Positions 19,237-28,058 of a stretch of 64,000 bases of DNA are shown here, in pieces (position 1 is the first letter of the stretch; each line of letters starts with the position of its first letter). Both the position numbers and the translations under genes were made by a program. The notes below the pieces were generated by a model. The model was given only the letters and a program-made list of their open reading frames with translations. It ran no database searches and was not told where the DNA came from. Source of the stretch: Acidimicrobiales bacterium. Lineage in GTDB: Bacteria > Actinomycetota > Acidimicrobiia > Acidimicrobiales > DATDAH01. The stretch is taken from positions 185,100 to 249,099 of the forward strand of contig JBGAOY010000004.1 of assembly GCA_044221555.1 (NCBI GenBank), written 5' to 3'.

Positions 19237-20745
19237 GTGCTCGCCATCGTCTCGTCCGCCACCGTGCTCGGGGTCGACGGTCGCCCCGTCACCGTCGAGG
19301 TCCACGTCTCCAGCGGGCTGCCCGCCTTCACCATCGTGGGCCTGCCCGACACCGCCTGCCGCGAGGCCCGTGACCGGGTGCGGGCGGCGATCCTGTCCAC
19401 CGAGCTGCAGTGGCCGATGCGCAGGATCACCGTGAACCTGGCGCCATCGGGCCTGCGCAAGGTCGGCTCAGGGCTCGACCTGGCCATCGCCGTGGGCCTG
19501 CTGCTGGCCTCCGACCAACTCGAGGGCGTGTCGGTGGACGGCATCGGGTTCCTCGGCGAGCTCGGGCTCGACGGAGCGCTGCGGCCGGTGCCGGGCATGG
19601 TGTCGCTGGCCGAGGCGCTGCCCGGCGAGGTGGCGGTGGTGCCCGCCACCGCGGCGGCCGAGGCCCGGCTGGTGGCCAAGCACCAGGTGCGCCCGGTGAC
19701 GTGCCTGCGCGAGGTCGTGCTGGCGCTGTTGGGTGAGGCACCCTGGCCCGACGAGCCGCCGGCCCCGGGGCCGGTCCCACCGGCGCCCGAGCCCGATCTG
19801 GCCGACGTGCGGGGCCAACCGGTTGCCCGCCTCGCTCTCGAGGTGTCGGCCGCCGGCCAGCATCACCTGCTCATGGTGGGGCCGCCCGGCTCGGGCAAGA
19901 CCATGCTCGCCCGCCGGTTGCCCGGTCTGTTGCCGCGGCTCGAGCAGCACCACGCCCTCGAGGCCACCCGCATCCACTCGGCGGCCGGCATCCCCCTGCA
20001 GGCCGACACCCTGATCTGGCGGCCGCCGCTGCGGGCGCCGCACCACGGCGCCTCGCCGGTGTCGATCATCGGCGGCGGCACCGCGGTCATGCGCCCGGGT
20101 GAGGTGTCGTTGGCCCATCGGGGCGTGCTGTTCCTGGACGAGATGGGCGAGTTCGCGCCACAGGTGCTCGACACGCTCCGCCAGCCCTTGGAGGAGGGCG
20201 AGGTGCGGGTGTCCCGCGCCAAGGCCAGCGCCACGTTCCCGGCCCGCTTCCTGCTGGTGGGGGCCATGAACCCTTGCCCCTGCGGTGAGGGCTCGGCGCC
20301 GGGTGCGTGCATCTGCTCGGACGCGGCGCGGGCCCGCTACCGCCGGCGCCTCTCGGGGCCGCTGCTCGACCGGTTCGACCTGCGGGTCGAGGTGCTGCGC
20401 CCCGACGTGGACGACCTGTTGCGCGGCTCGCCGGGGGAGCGCAGCGCGGCGGTCGCCGAGCGGGTGCACGAGGCACGCGAGCGGGCCCACGGCCGGGGGG
20501 TCGGTGCCAACGCCGAGTTGACCCCTGCCGCGCTCGACGAGGTGGCCCCCCTGTCCGACGGCGCCGCCCTGCTCGTCGAGCAGGCGCTCCGATCGGGCCG
20601 GCTGTCAGCGCGGGGGCTGCAACGGGTGCGACGGGTCGCATTGACCCTCGCCGACCTGTGGGGTCACCACGGTCCGCTGGCGTCCGACCAGGTCGCCCTG
20701 GCTCTCAGCCTCCGTGCCGAGCCGGCGGCCTTCTGCCGTGGCTGA
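19237..20745 (+). CDS. comM: YifB/ComM-family Mg-chelatase-like AAA+ ATPase
   Basis: N-terminal Lon-protease-like domain. Walker A GPPGSGKT, Walker B VLFLDEMGEF. Zn-ribbon-like CPCGEGSAPGACIC. Confidence 0.9.
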   Translation: MLAIVSSATVLGVDGRPVTVEVHVSSGLPAFTIVGLPDTACREARDRVRAAILSTELQWPMRRITVNLAPSGLRKVGSGLDLAIAVGLLLASDQLEGVSVDGIGFLGELGLDGALRPVPGMVSLAEALPGEVAVVPATAAAEARLVAKHQVRPVTCLREVVLALLGEAPWPDEPPAPGPVPPAPEPDLADVRGQPVARLALEVSAAGQHHLLMVGPPGSGKTMLARRLPGLLPRLEQHHALEATRIHSAAGIPLQADTLIWRPPLRAPHHGASPVSIIGGGTAVMRPGEVSLAHRGVLFLDEMGEFAPQVLDTLRQPLEEGEVRVSRAKASATFPARFLLVGAMNPCPCGEGSAPGACICSDAARARYRRRLSGPLLDRFDLRVEVLRPDVDDLLRGSPGERSAAVAERVHEARERAHGRGVGANAELTPAALDEVAPLSDGAALLVEQALRSGRLSARGLQRVRRVALTLADLWGHHGPLASDQVALALSLRAEPAAFCRG

Positions 20746-22021
20746 GCACCTGGCGGCCGCACGGGCGCCGAGCGTCGATCGCGCAACGAGCAGCGCCGCC
20801 CGCTCACCGCTCGTGCCCGAGCGCGGTCCGACCATCGCTCCGGCCGGCATGCGGTGCACCGATGCCGACCCACCGAGCCCACCACCGCACTCCGACCTGC
20901 CGCTCGAGGCGTACGGCGCGGCCTTGGCGTCGTTGCCCGGGATGGGCCCCGCCCGGTTGACGGCGCTCGCTCGGTCGTGGCCGCTGGCCGAGGCGTGGGA
21001 CCGTGTGCTGGCGGCCTCGGTGACCGCGTCGGATCTTGTGGCGCGCGCCCTCGGCAGCGATGGCGCCACCCTGCCCGCACGCTGGTCGGCCACGGCACGA
21101 CGAATCGACCCCGGCGCCTGTCTCGCCGCCCACAAGCAGGCCGGGATCGGCGTGTCGGTCCTGGGGTCGCGGTCGTACCCACCGGCGCTGGTCGAGGACG
21201 TCGAGGCGCCCGTCGTGCTCTTCCACCGGGGCCGGCCCGACCTCCTGGCGGGACCCCGTGTGGCGATCGTCGGCACGCGACGCTGCACCTTCTACGGGCG
21301 CGACGTGGCCCGGGCCATGGGCCACGACCTGGCCGCCGCGGGGGTGCGGGTGGTCTCCGGGCTGGCGCTGGGCATCGACGGCGCCGCCCACGAGGGCGCG
21401 CTCTCCGCCGACGCGGCACCACCGGTGGCGGTGGTGGGCAGTGGTCTCGACGTGGTCTACCCGCGGCGGCACGTCGACCTCTGGCGTCGGGTGGAGGAGG
21501 CGGGTGTGGTCCTCTCCGAGGCGCCGCTGGCCGCGGCCCCCGAGAAGTGGCGCTTCCCCTCCCGCAACCGCCTGCTGGCGGCGCTGGCGGACGTGGTGGT
21601 GGTGGTCGAGTCCCACCGCACGGGTGGCTCGATGTACACCGTGGACGAGGCCCTGGCCCGCGACGTCACGGTCATGGCGGTGCCCGGCCCGGTCCACGCC
21701 GCGGCCTCTCGGGGCTGCAACCAACTCCTCGTGGACAACCTGCCCGCGGCGCGAGACGCCGCCGACGTGCTGTCGATGCTGGGGCTGTCGGCCGCGGCGG
21801 CCACCCGGGGTGCCACCGAAGATCCCCGTCCGGCCCCGACCGCGGCCGAGACGGTCGTGCTCGAGGCGTTCGCGTGGCAACCCGCCGCCCTCGAGCAGTT
21901 GGCCGTCCGCACCGGCATGGCGCTGGGCGACCTGGCCGAAGCGCTCCAGGTGCTCGAGGCCGGCGGGTGGATCGAGGGCAACGGCGGCTGGTACGAGCGG
22001 GTCGCCCGCCCCGACCGATGA
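20738..22021 (+). CDS. dprA: DNA processing protein DprA
   Basis: Rossmann core VAIVGTRRCTFYGR...VVSGLALGIDGAAHEGAL. The start is uncertain. GTG 20738 overlaps the comM stop. Confidence 0.88.
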   Translation: MAEHLAAARAPSVDRATSSAARSPLVPERGPTIAPAGMRCTDADPPSPPPHSDLPLEAYGAALASLPGMGPARLTALARSWPLAEAWDRVLAASVTASDLVARALGSDGATLPARWSATARRIDPGACLAAHKQAGIGVSVLGSRSYPPALVEDVEAPVVLFHRGRPDLLAGPRVAIVGTRRCTFYGRDVARAMGHDLAAAGVRVVSGLALGIDGAAHEGALSADAAPPVAVVGSGLDVVYPRRHVDLWRRVEEAGVVLSEAPLAAAPEKWRFPSRNRLLAALADVVVVVESHRTGGSMYTVDEALARDVTVMAVPGPVHAAASRGCNQLLVDNLPAARDAADVLSMLGLSAAAATRGATEDPRPAPTAAETVVLEAFAWQPAALEQLAVRTGMALGDLAEALQVLEAGGWIEGNGGWYERVARPDR

Positions 22022-22083
22022 CCCGATCCGCCTGGTCCAACCCCCGGCGTCCCTGCGCCGGCTCGGAGCCCGTCGGCGCGCCG

Positions 22084-23496
22084 TCAGTCGATGCGGGCGA
22101 TCTTCTTGGTGTACGCCAGTGCCCGTCGCGAGTCGTACGAGCGCAGGATCTGCATCTTCTCGGCCTCGATCGAGCCCTCGGCGTGCACGGCCAGCACGGC
22201 GTGGTAGCCGCCCAGGTCGCGGGCGGTCAGATCGCTGATCACGTGCATCAGCCGCAGCCGGTGCTCGGCCGACCCCGCGCCCTGGAAGTACTTCTCGAGC
22301 ACCGGTCGCACCTCGGGGCTGTCCCAGTCGTCACCGCCCGGGCCCGTCACCAGCAGGCCGCCGGCGCAGTCCTGCACCCACTCGAGGGCCTGGTGGTAGC
22401 CGCTGGCGAAGGTGAACTTGGCCATGTTCGTGGTCATCGGGTCGGGGTAGGCGATGCCGTCCTCCACCCGGGCCCGCAGCGCGGCCATCTCGGTGAGCGC
22501 CCGCACCGTCTCCGAGTACGAGATCAGGTGGGTGAGCTTGTCGCGGATGTGGCCCGCCCTGCCCACGCCGTTCAGCTCGGCGATGAGCGCCGAGGCGCCC
22601 ACGAAGGCGTCGAGCAGGGGCAGCTTGTAGGACACCGCGGTGAAGCGGTGGTACTCCACGAAGGTGAGCGCCACAGCGCCGGCCAACTCGGGCTCGCGGC
22701 ACAGGAACACCCGGTCCCAGGGCACGAACACGTCGTTGAACACGGTGAGGGTCTCGAGCAGCTTGTGGTTGCTCGACAGGGGGAACTCGAACTCGTTGTG
22801 CTCGCGGCCCGAGTACGACGACACGTACAGCTCGAGGCCCGGGGTGTTGACCGGGATCGCGAAGGCCACCGCGTAGTCCGCGTCCTCGGCGCTCATGGCC
22901 CGGGTGGGCAACACGATCAGCTCGTCGGCGTTGGCACTGCTGGTGGTGTGGCACTTGGCGCCCCGCACCACGATGCCGTCGTCGTTCTCGGACACCACGT
23001 GCACGTACAGGTCGGGGTCGGCCTGCTTGCTCGGGCCCAGCGAGCGGTCGCCCTTCACGTCGGTCTGGGCCACGGCCACGGCCAGGTCGTTGTCGCGGCA
23101 GTGGTCGTGGAAGGCCTGCACCCTGTCGCGGGCCTCGCCCGTCAGCTTGCGCAGCAGCGCGAACGTGGCGTCGGTGCCGATCTCCTTGATCAGCGTCACC
23201 ACGGTGCCGCCCTCCGCCGTGCTGGCGTCGATCAGGCGCATGCGCGCCAGCAGGTCCTCGGCGTCGCGGGGGATCTTGTAGTACGCGCTGTGCTCCTGGC
23301 CAGTGTCGGGGTCGGTCACGACCGCCAGCGCGCGGAACGCGGGGTCGTTCACCAGGTCGAAGTCGTGTGCTGCGTGGTCGACCGCCACGGCGAGCGCGGG
23401 CACCTCGTTGATGTCGTCGACGGGCCGGCCTCGGTAGAACAGCGTTCGCCCGTCGACCAACCCGTTGCGGTACTCCTCGGCAGTGCGCAGACCCAT
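22084..23496 (-). CDS. HpaB / 4-hydroxybutyryl-CoA dehydratase superfamily protein (flavin-dependent oxygenase-like)
   Basis: 470 aa. The length and blocks such as VAVAQTDVKGDRS and VVRGAKCHTTSS are typical of the family. No AbfD-type Cys cluster seen. Confidence 0.8.
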   Translation of the reverse strand: MGLRTAEEYRNGLVDGRTLFYRGRPVDDINEVPALAVAVDHAAHDFDLVNDPAFRALAVVTDPDTGQEHSAYYKIPRDAEDLLARMRLIDASTAEGGTVVTLIKEIGTDATFALLRKLTGEARDRVQAFHDHCRDNDLAVAVAQTDVKGDRSLGPSKQADPDLYVHVVSENDDGIVVRGAKCHTTSSANADELIVLPTRAMSAEDADYAVAFAIPVNTPGLELYVSSYSGREHNEFEFPLSSNHKLLETLTVFNDVFVPWDRVFLCREPELAGAVALTFVEYHRFTAVSYKLPLLDAFVGASALIAELNGVGRAGHIRDKLTHLISYSETVRALTEMAALRARVEDGIAYPDPMTTNMAKFTFASGYHQALEWVQDCAGGLLVTGPGGDDWDSPEVRPVLEKYFQGAGSAEHRLRLMHVISDLTARDLGGYHAVLAVHAEGSIEAEKMQILRSYDSRRALAYTKKIARID

Positions 23497-23591
23497 GGGC
23501 CAACCCTAAACCGGAGGTGGTCGGGCAACCGAAGACAGCCGCGCCGACCACGGCCCGGCTGCTCCCTGGACGGCGGGGTTAGCGTGAGGTC

Positions 23592-24467
23592 ATGGCCTGG
23601 GACCTCGACGGCTTCTCGGCGTCACTCACCGGGGTCGCTCCGGCCACTCGCGAGGCCTACGCCCGCGACCTGCGGGCCTTCACCCGCTGGACCGATCGGT
23701 TGGGCCTCGAGGGCCCCGCCGAGGTCGACCGGCGCACGCTGCGGCGCTACCTGGCCTATCTCGCCACGACGGGCAAGGCCCGTCGGTCGATCGCCCGCTC
23801 GGCGTCGTCGATCCGGCGCTACTTCGGCTGGCTGCGCCTCACCGGAGGCATCGCCTCGGATCCCTCCGCAGGGCTCAGCGCGCCGAAGGGTGAGGGGCGC
23901 CTTCCCCGTGTGCTCCCCGAGTCCGAGGTCAACCAGCTGCTGGACGACCCGGTGCGCACCGACGAGGCCCCGGAGATCGCCGCCCGAGACGCCGCCGTCG
24001 TCGAGCTGCTCTACGGGAGCGGGCTGCGGGTGGCGGAGTTGTGCGGGCTGCGCCCGCGCGACCTCGACCTGGCCCAACGCCTCGTGATCGTGTGGGGCAA
24101 GGGCTCCAAGCAGCGCCGGGTACCGCTCAGCCCCCCGGCGGTCGAGGCGTTGCAGCGCTGGCTCGACGACGGCCGCCACCTGCTGGTGGGCCCGGACAGC
24201 CCGGACGACGCGGTGTTCCTGAACCGTCGCGGGCACCGTCTCACGCCGCGGGACGTCCGCCGGATCCTCGACCGGCGCTCGGCCACGCCCGTCCACCCCC
24301 ACGCCCTACGTCACACCTTCGCCACTCATCTTCTCGATGGAGGTGCCGATTTGCGTGCTGTGCAGGAGTTGCTCGGCCACGCCGACCTCGCCACCACGCA
24401 GCTGTACACCCACGTCAGCAAGGAACGGTTGAGAAGCGTGTTCCAGGCCACCCACCCACGAGCGTGA
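23592..24467 (+). CDS. xerC: Tyrosine recombinase XerC
   Basis: R...HxxR...Y catalytic pattern (ELCGLRPRD, HALRHTFATH, LGHADLATTQLYTHV). Confidence 0.92.
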   Translation: MAWDLDGFSASLTGVAPATREAYARDLRAFTRWTDRLGLEGPAEVDRRTLRRYLAYLATTGKARRSIARSASSIRRYFGWLRLTGGIASDPSAGLSAPKGEGRLPRVLPESEVNQLLDDPVRTDEAPEIAARDAAVVELLYGSGLRVAELCGLRPRDLDLAQRLVIVWGKGSKQRRVPLSPPAVEALQRWLDDGRHLLVGPDSPDDAVFLNRRGHRLTPRDVRRILDRRSATPVHPHALRHTFATHLLDGGADLRAVQELLGHADLATTQLYTHVSKERLRSVFQATHPRA

Positions 24468-24479
24468 GACGAGCAACCC

Positions 24480-25256
24480 GTGTCGAATGACGGCGCCCAC
24501 GTGGACGCGCTGTGGGCCAGGTACAAGGCCACTCAAGGTCGCGATGCCCGCGACCAGCTGATCCTTCACTACTCCCCCCTGGTGAAGTACGTCGCCGGTC
24601 GGGTGGGCGTCGGGCTTCCCCAGAACGTCGACCAGGCCGACCTCGTGAGCTACGGCATCTTCGGGTTGATCGACGCGATCGAGAAGTTCGACCCCGACCG
24701 CGGCTTCAAGTTCGAGACCTACGCCATCTCCCGCATCAAGGGCTCGATCCTCGACGAGCTGCGCTCGATCGACTGGGTGCCGCGGTCGGTGCGGGCCAAG
24801 GCCCGTTCGCTCGAGAAGGCCTACGCCAAGCTCGAGGGCATCCTCCATCGCACGCCGACCGACGAGGAACTGGCCCGCGAGCTGGACATGAGCGAGTCGC
24901 AGCTGCAGGCGCTGCTGTCGCAGATCTCGTTCGTGGGCATGGCGGCGCTCGACGAGATGCTCGCCGGGGGCGACCGCGGCGAGTCGATCACGCTCGGCGA
25001 CACGATCGCCGACTCGGGCCGTGGGCCGGTCAGCACCTACGAGGCGGAGGAGACCCGCCAACTGCTGGCACAGACCATCAACCGCATGCCCGAGCGCGAG
25101 AAGCTGGTGCTGACGCTCTACTACTACGAGGCGCTCACCCTCGCCGAGATCGGCGAGGTGCTCAGCGTCACCGAGAGCCGGGTCTGCCAGATCCACACCA
25201 AGGCGGTGCTGCAGCTGCGGTCGCGCATGGCGGCCGCCGAACGCGAGCCGGCCTAG
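24480..25256 (+). CDS. whiG: FliA/WhiG-family RNA polymerase sigma factor
   Basis: Region 2 [20 protein letters not shown]. The DWVPRSVR motif is typical of FliA/WhiG. Region 4.2 [21 protein letters not shown]. Confidence 0.9.
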   Translation: MSNDGAHVDALWARYKATQGRDARDQLILHYSPLVKYVAGRVGVGLPQNVDQADLVSYGIFGLIDAIEKFDPDRGFKFETYAISRIKGSILDELRSIDWVPRSVRAKARSLEKAYAKLEGILHRTPTDEELARELDMSESQLQALLSQISFVGMAALDEMLAGGDRGESITLGDTIADSGRGPVSTYEAEETRQLLAQTINRMPEREKLVLTLYYYEALTLAEIGEVLSVTESRVCQIHTKAVLQLRSRMAAAEREPA

Positions 25257-25447
25257 ACAGCCCAAGCCAGCACCGGGCCGCCCTCCACGCCGGCCCGGGA
25301 AGCGGCGACCGCCGAGCGTCCGGACCGCACGCGGGCCGGCGCGGCGATGAGGACCTACGCCTCTACGACGGCGCTCCGCGGTGTGGTCCGCTGATGGTCG
25401 ATGGCGGGCCTCACGTGGAGGCGCACGCCGGAGAGCAGAGGCGAGCC

Positions 25448-26320
25448 ATGAGCGACACACCTGGCCCCGAGGCACCGCCCCCCACGGCGGGCATGCCGTC
25501 GGGCCACGCGGACGGCGAGTGGGTGCCGGATCCGAGCGGGCGCCACGAGTTCCGCTACGTCGTGCACGGGCAGGAGACCGACTGGGTGAGCGACTCGGGG
25601 GTCGAGTCGCTCGATGACCACGCCGAATGGCGCCCCGACCCGACCGGCCGCCATCAATACCGCTACTTCGTCCGGGGCCAGGCCACGCCCGCCGTCAGCG
25701 ACAACGGTGTGCAGGGGACCGACGCGCCCGTGGCCCCGGTGGGTGGGCGCACGATGCCGCTGTGGCCCTTCCTGGTGGGCGGTGCCGTCGTGGCGCTGGT
25801 GCTGATCGTGGTGGCCGCCGTGTTCGTCACCCGCAACGACGACGAGACCTCGACGACGACGACGACCCAACCCGTCACCACCAGCACCGCCGGCCCGACG
25901 ACCTCGTCCCCGACCACGTCGACGCCTCCCACGACGGGGGGCGGCGGGCGGACCGGCCCGATCAGTGTCTTCGACCTCCAGGTGGGTGACTGCATCGACA
26001 CGCCGACGGGGCCGACGGCCACTGGGGTGCCGTGCGCCCAGGCACACGACTTCGAGGTGTTCGCCCTGTTCGACATCGCCGGCGAACCGGGGGCCGCCTA
26101 TCCCGGCGACTCGACCGTCTCCGACCTGGCCAACACCGGCTGCCAGGGCGACCGGTTCACCGAGTACATCGGGGAGGACTACGCCACCTCGTCCATCTAC
26201 GCCACCTCGCTCAACCCGTCCGAGTCGACGTGGACCGAGCAGGACGACCGTGAGGTGGTGTGCCTGGCCATGGCCCAGACCGGGCAACTCACCGGGTCGG
26301 TGCGCGGCATCGGCCGGTAG
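25448..26320 (+). CDS. Membrane protein with 2x DUF2510 repeat, one TM helix, Thr/Ser/Pro linker and a septum-formation-like extracellular Cys domain
   Basis: EWVPDPSGRHEFRY and EWRPDPTGRHQYRY. TM helix LWPFLVGGAVVALVLIVVAAVFV. GDCIDTP...VPCAQAHDFEVF. Confidence 0.75.
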   Translation: MSDTPGPEAPPPTAGMPSGHADGEWVPDPSGRHEFRYVVHGQETDWVSDSGVESLDDHAEWRPDPTGRHQYRYFVRGQATPAVSDNGVQGTDAPVAPVGGRTMPLWPFLVGGAVVALVLIVVAAVFVTRNDDETSTTTTTQPVTTSTAGPTTSSPTTSTPPTTGGGGRTGPISVFDLQVGDCIDTPTGPTATGVPCAQAHDFEVFALFDIAGEPGAAYPGDSTVSDLANTGCQGDRFTEYIGEDYATSSIYATSLNPSESTWTEQDDREVVCLAMAQTGQLTGSVRGIGR

Positions 26321-26537
26321 TTGGCGAGCGGGCATCCGCATCGGGTCGGGCCGCCCGCGGCGCGGGTCGGGCCGACGGCGATCGGGCCTGTGCGACCCCG
26401 CGACATCGGCACGCCCTCGCCGTTGGTGGCGTCTCGCGGACGGGTCCGTCGAGCGGTGCCAACGACCATGGCCGGCGTTATCGTCGGGGCGCTCGACCAC
26501 CTCCCCCTCCGATCCGTTCGACACGAAGGGGGACGCC

Positions 26538-27164
26538 ATGTCCCGCCGCCAGGCCCTCCTGCCCGTCCTGCTCCTCACGATCGCCGTGTGCGGTGTGCTC
26601 CACCCGGCGGCGCCTGCGCTCGGTCAGACGTCGAGCGTCACCTACCGGCCACCCGTCGACGCGCCGGTGGTCGACCCCTTCCGGGCACCGGCGTCGCCCT
26701 ACGGGCCGGGCAACCGGGGCATCGAGTACGCCACGGTCCCCGGCACGACGGTGCGCACCATCGCTCCCGGGACGGTCGTGTTCGCGGGATCCGTGGCCGG
26801 CACCCGCTACGTCACGGTGCTGCACGCCGACGGCCTGCGCAGCAGCTACGGCTTCCTCGAGTCGCTGTCGGTGGCAGCCGGTGCGGTGCTGCGCGCCGGC
26901 GCCGAGGTGGGACGCGCCGGTGATCGCCTCCACCTCGGCGTGCGGCGGGGTGACGAGTACCTCGATCCCGAGACCCTGTTCGCCCAGGCGGCACCCCAGG
27001 TGCGCCTGATTCCGGTCAGTGCCTTCGATGACCCCGGCGACGACGACGAGACCGCGTCGCTCCCGCTCGGCGCCGCGCTCGCCCTCCGGCTTGTCGCCGA
27101 GCCGCGTTCTGGGGCCCGGCGGGTGGGCGGCCCTGGTGCGCCCGGGTGGCGTTCGATGCGTTGA
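26538..27164 (+). CDS. Secreted LytM/M23-domain protein with degenerate catalytic motifs
   Basis: Signal peptide present. M23 fold blocks are present, but HxxxD reads NRGIE and HxH reads RLH. Confidence 0.75.
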   Translation: MSRRQALLPVLLLTIAVCGVLHPAAPALGQTSSVTYRPPVDAPVVDPFRAPASPYGPGNRGIEYATVPGTTVRTIAPGTVVFAGSVAGTRYVTVLHADGLRSSYGFLESLSVAAGAVLRAGAEVGRAGDRLHLGVRRGDEYLDPETLFAQAAPQVRLIPVSAFDDPGDDDETASLPLGAALALRLVAEPRSGARRVGGPGAPGWRSMR

Positions 27165-27258
27165 GGCGGAGGAGCGCCCGCCGAACGGCGGTGCCATCCC
27201 CGGCACGGGTGGTCGGCACGCCGAATCGCGGGCCTGGGGTGTGGCGCGACGGCGTAGG

Positions 27259-27870
27259 TCAGACGCCGACGGCCACCTCAGCCGGACGGGTGGCCTCGTC
27301 CGCCGGTGGGGGCGTGGCACGTGGCCGGCGGCCGCGCCAGGCCAGCACGACGAGCCCGACGACGGCGCCGCCCAGCACCACCGCGTGCAGCACGAGCAAC
27401 TTCAGCACGGTGGCCGGGGCGACCTCGCTGCCGCCCATGAGCACGAAGCGGACGTCGCCGGAACGCAGCCACGTGTACCCGCTGAGGTTGGTCCCGACCG
27501 TGACCGCGAACAGGGCGAGCTGGTCCCAGGGCAGCAGGTACCCCGTGAACAACGCCACCGGCACGGCGATGACCAGTCCGATGCCCAGGGCGAGCCCCGG
27601 GCCAACCGGCTCGGTCGGGCGGGATCGTGCCGCCAGCAGCGCTGCCGCCGCGATGGTGGTGGGCACGGCCAGCCACGCCGCCCATCGGTGCACCTCGCGC
27701 ATGGCGCGGCCGAGGGTGATGTCCCGCGACAGCGACGCGCTGACGTCGGTCCAGGCGTCGGCGGCATCGGGCCGGTAGGCGAAGTACAGCACCACGCCCG
27801 TCACCACCAGCACCGCGACCTCGACGGTCAGCAGTCCCAGCACCATCGAGCGGGCCCGGGCGACGGTCAC
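27259..27870 (-). CDS. Cytochrome b N-terminal-domain-like membrane protein (paralog of 1085-1633)
   Basis: VVTGVVLYFAYRPD, AMREVHRWAAW, FTGYLLPWDQLALFAVTVGTNL and LLVLHAVVLGG. Four TM helices. Only 2 His. Confidence 0.65.
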   Translation of the reverse strand: MTVARARSMVLGLLTVEVAVLVVTGVVLYFAYRPDAADAWTDVSASLSRDITLGRAMREVHRWAAWLAVPTTIAAAALLAARSRPTEPVGPGLALGIGLVIAVPVALFTGYLLPWDQLALFAVTVGTNLSGYTWLRSGDVRFVLMGGSEVAPATVLKLLVLHAVVLGGAVVGLVVLAWRGRRPRATPPPADEATRPAEVAVGV

Positions 27871-28058
27871 GCCGTCACGCTACGCCACCCGGCTCCCGGC
27901 TGGCCTGACGGGGCGGTGTTGCCGGTAGGATCGTCAGCCGACCAGGCGTCCGCCCGGTCGCGTCACACCACACCACACAACTCCCCGGGTCCCCCCACGG
28001 TCGCCGCAAGGTGCAGGGCCCGGGTTCACGACCAACCGTTGGGGAAGGAGTCAGCGCG

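Noticed and set aside
22084-23496. Calling the HpaB-family gene a 4-hydroxybutyryl-CoA dehydratase (AbfD)
   Set aside because: I could not find the Cys-x3-Cys plus His/Cys iron-sulfur ligand pattern. I therefore left it at superfamily level.
20854-24087. 1077-aa plus-strand ORF spanning dprA, the HpaB-like gene and xerC
   Set aside because: It is an alternative frame of dprA and xerC and is antisense to the HpaB-family gene. It has Arg/Gly/Pro-rich junk composition and no motifs.
26321-26537. Possible cyclic-di-AMP (ydaO-type) riboswitch upstream of the M23 cell-wall gene
   Set aside because: This element is common in front of actinobacterial wall hydrolases. However, I cannot find the conserved ACGGGGUGAAUC / CCCGAACCCG-type blocks here.
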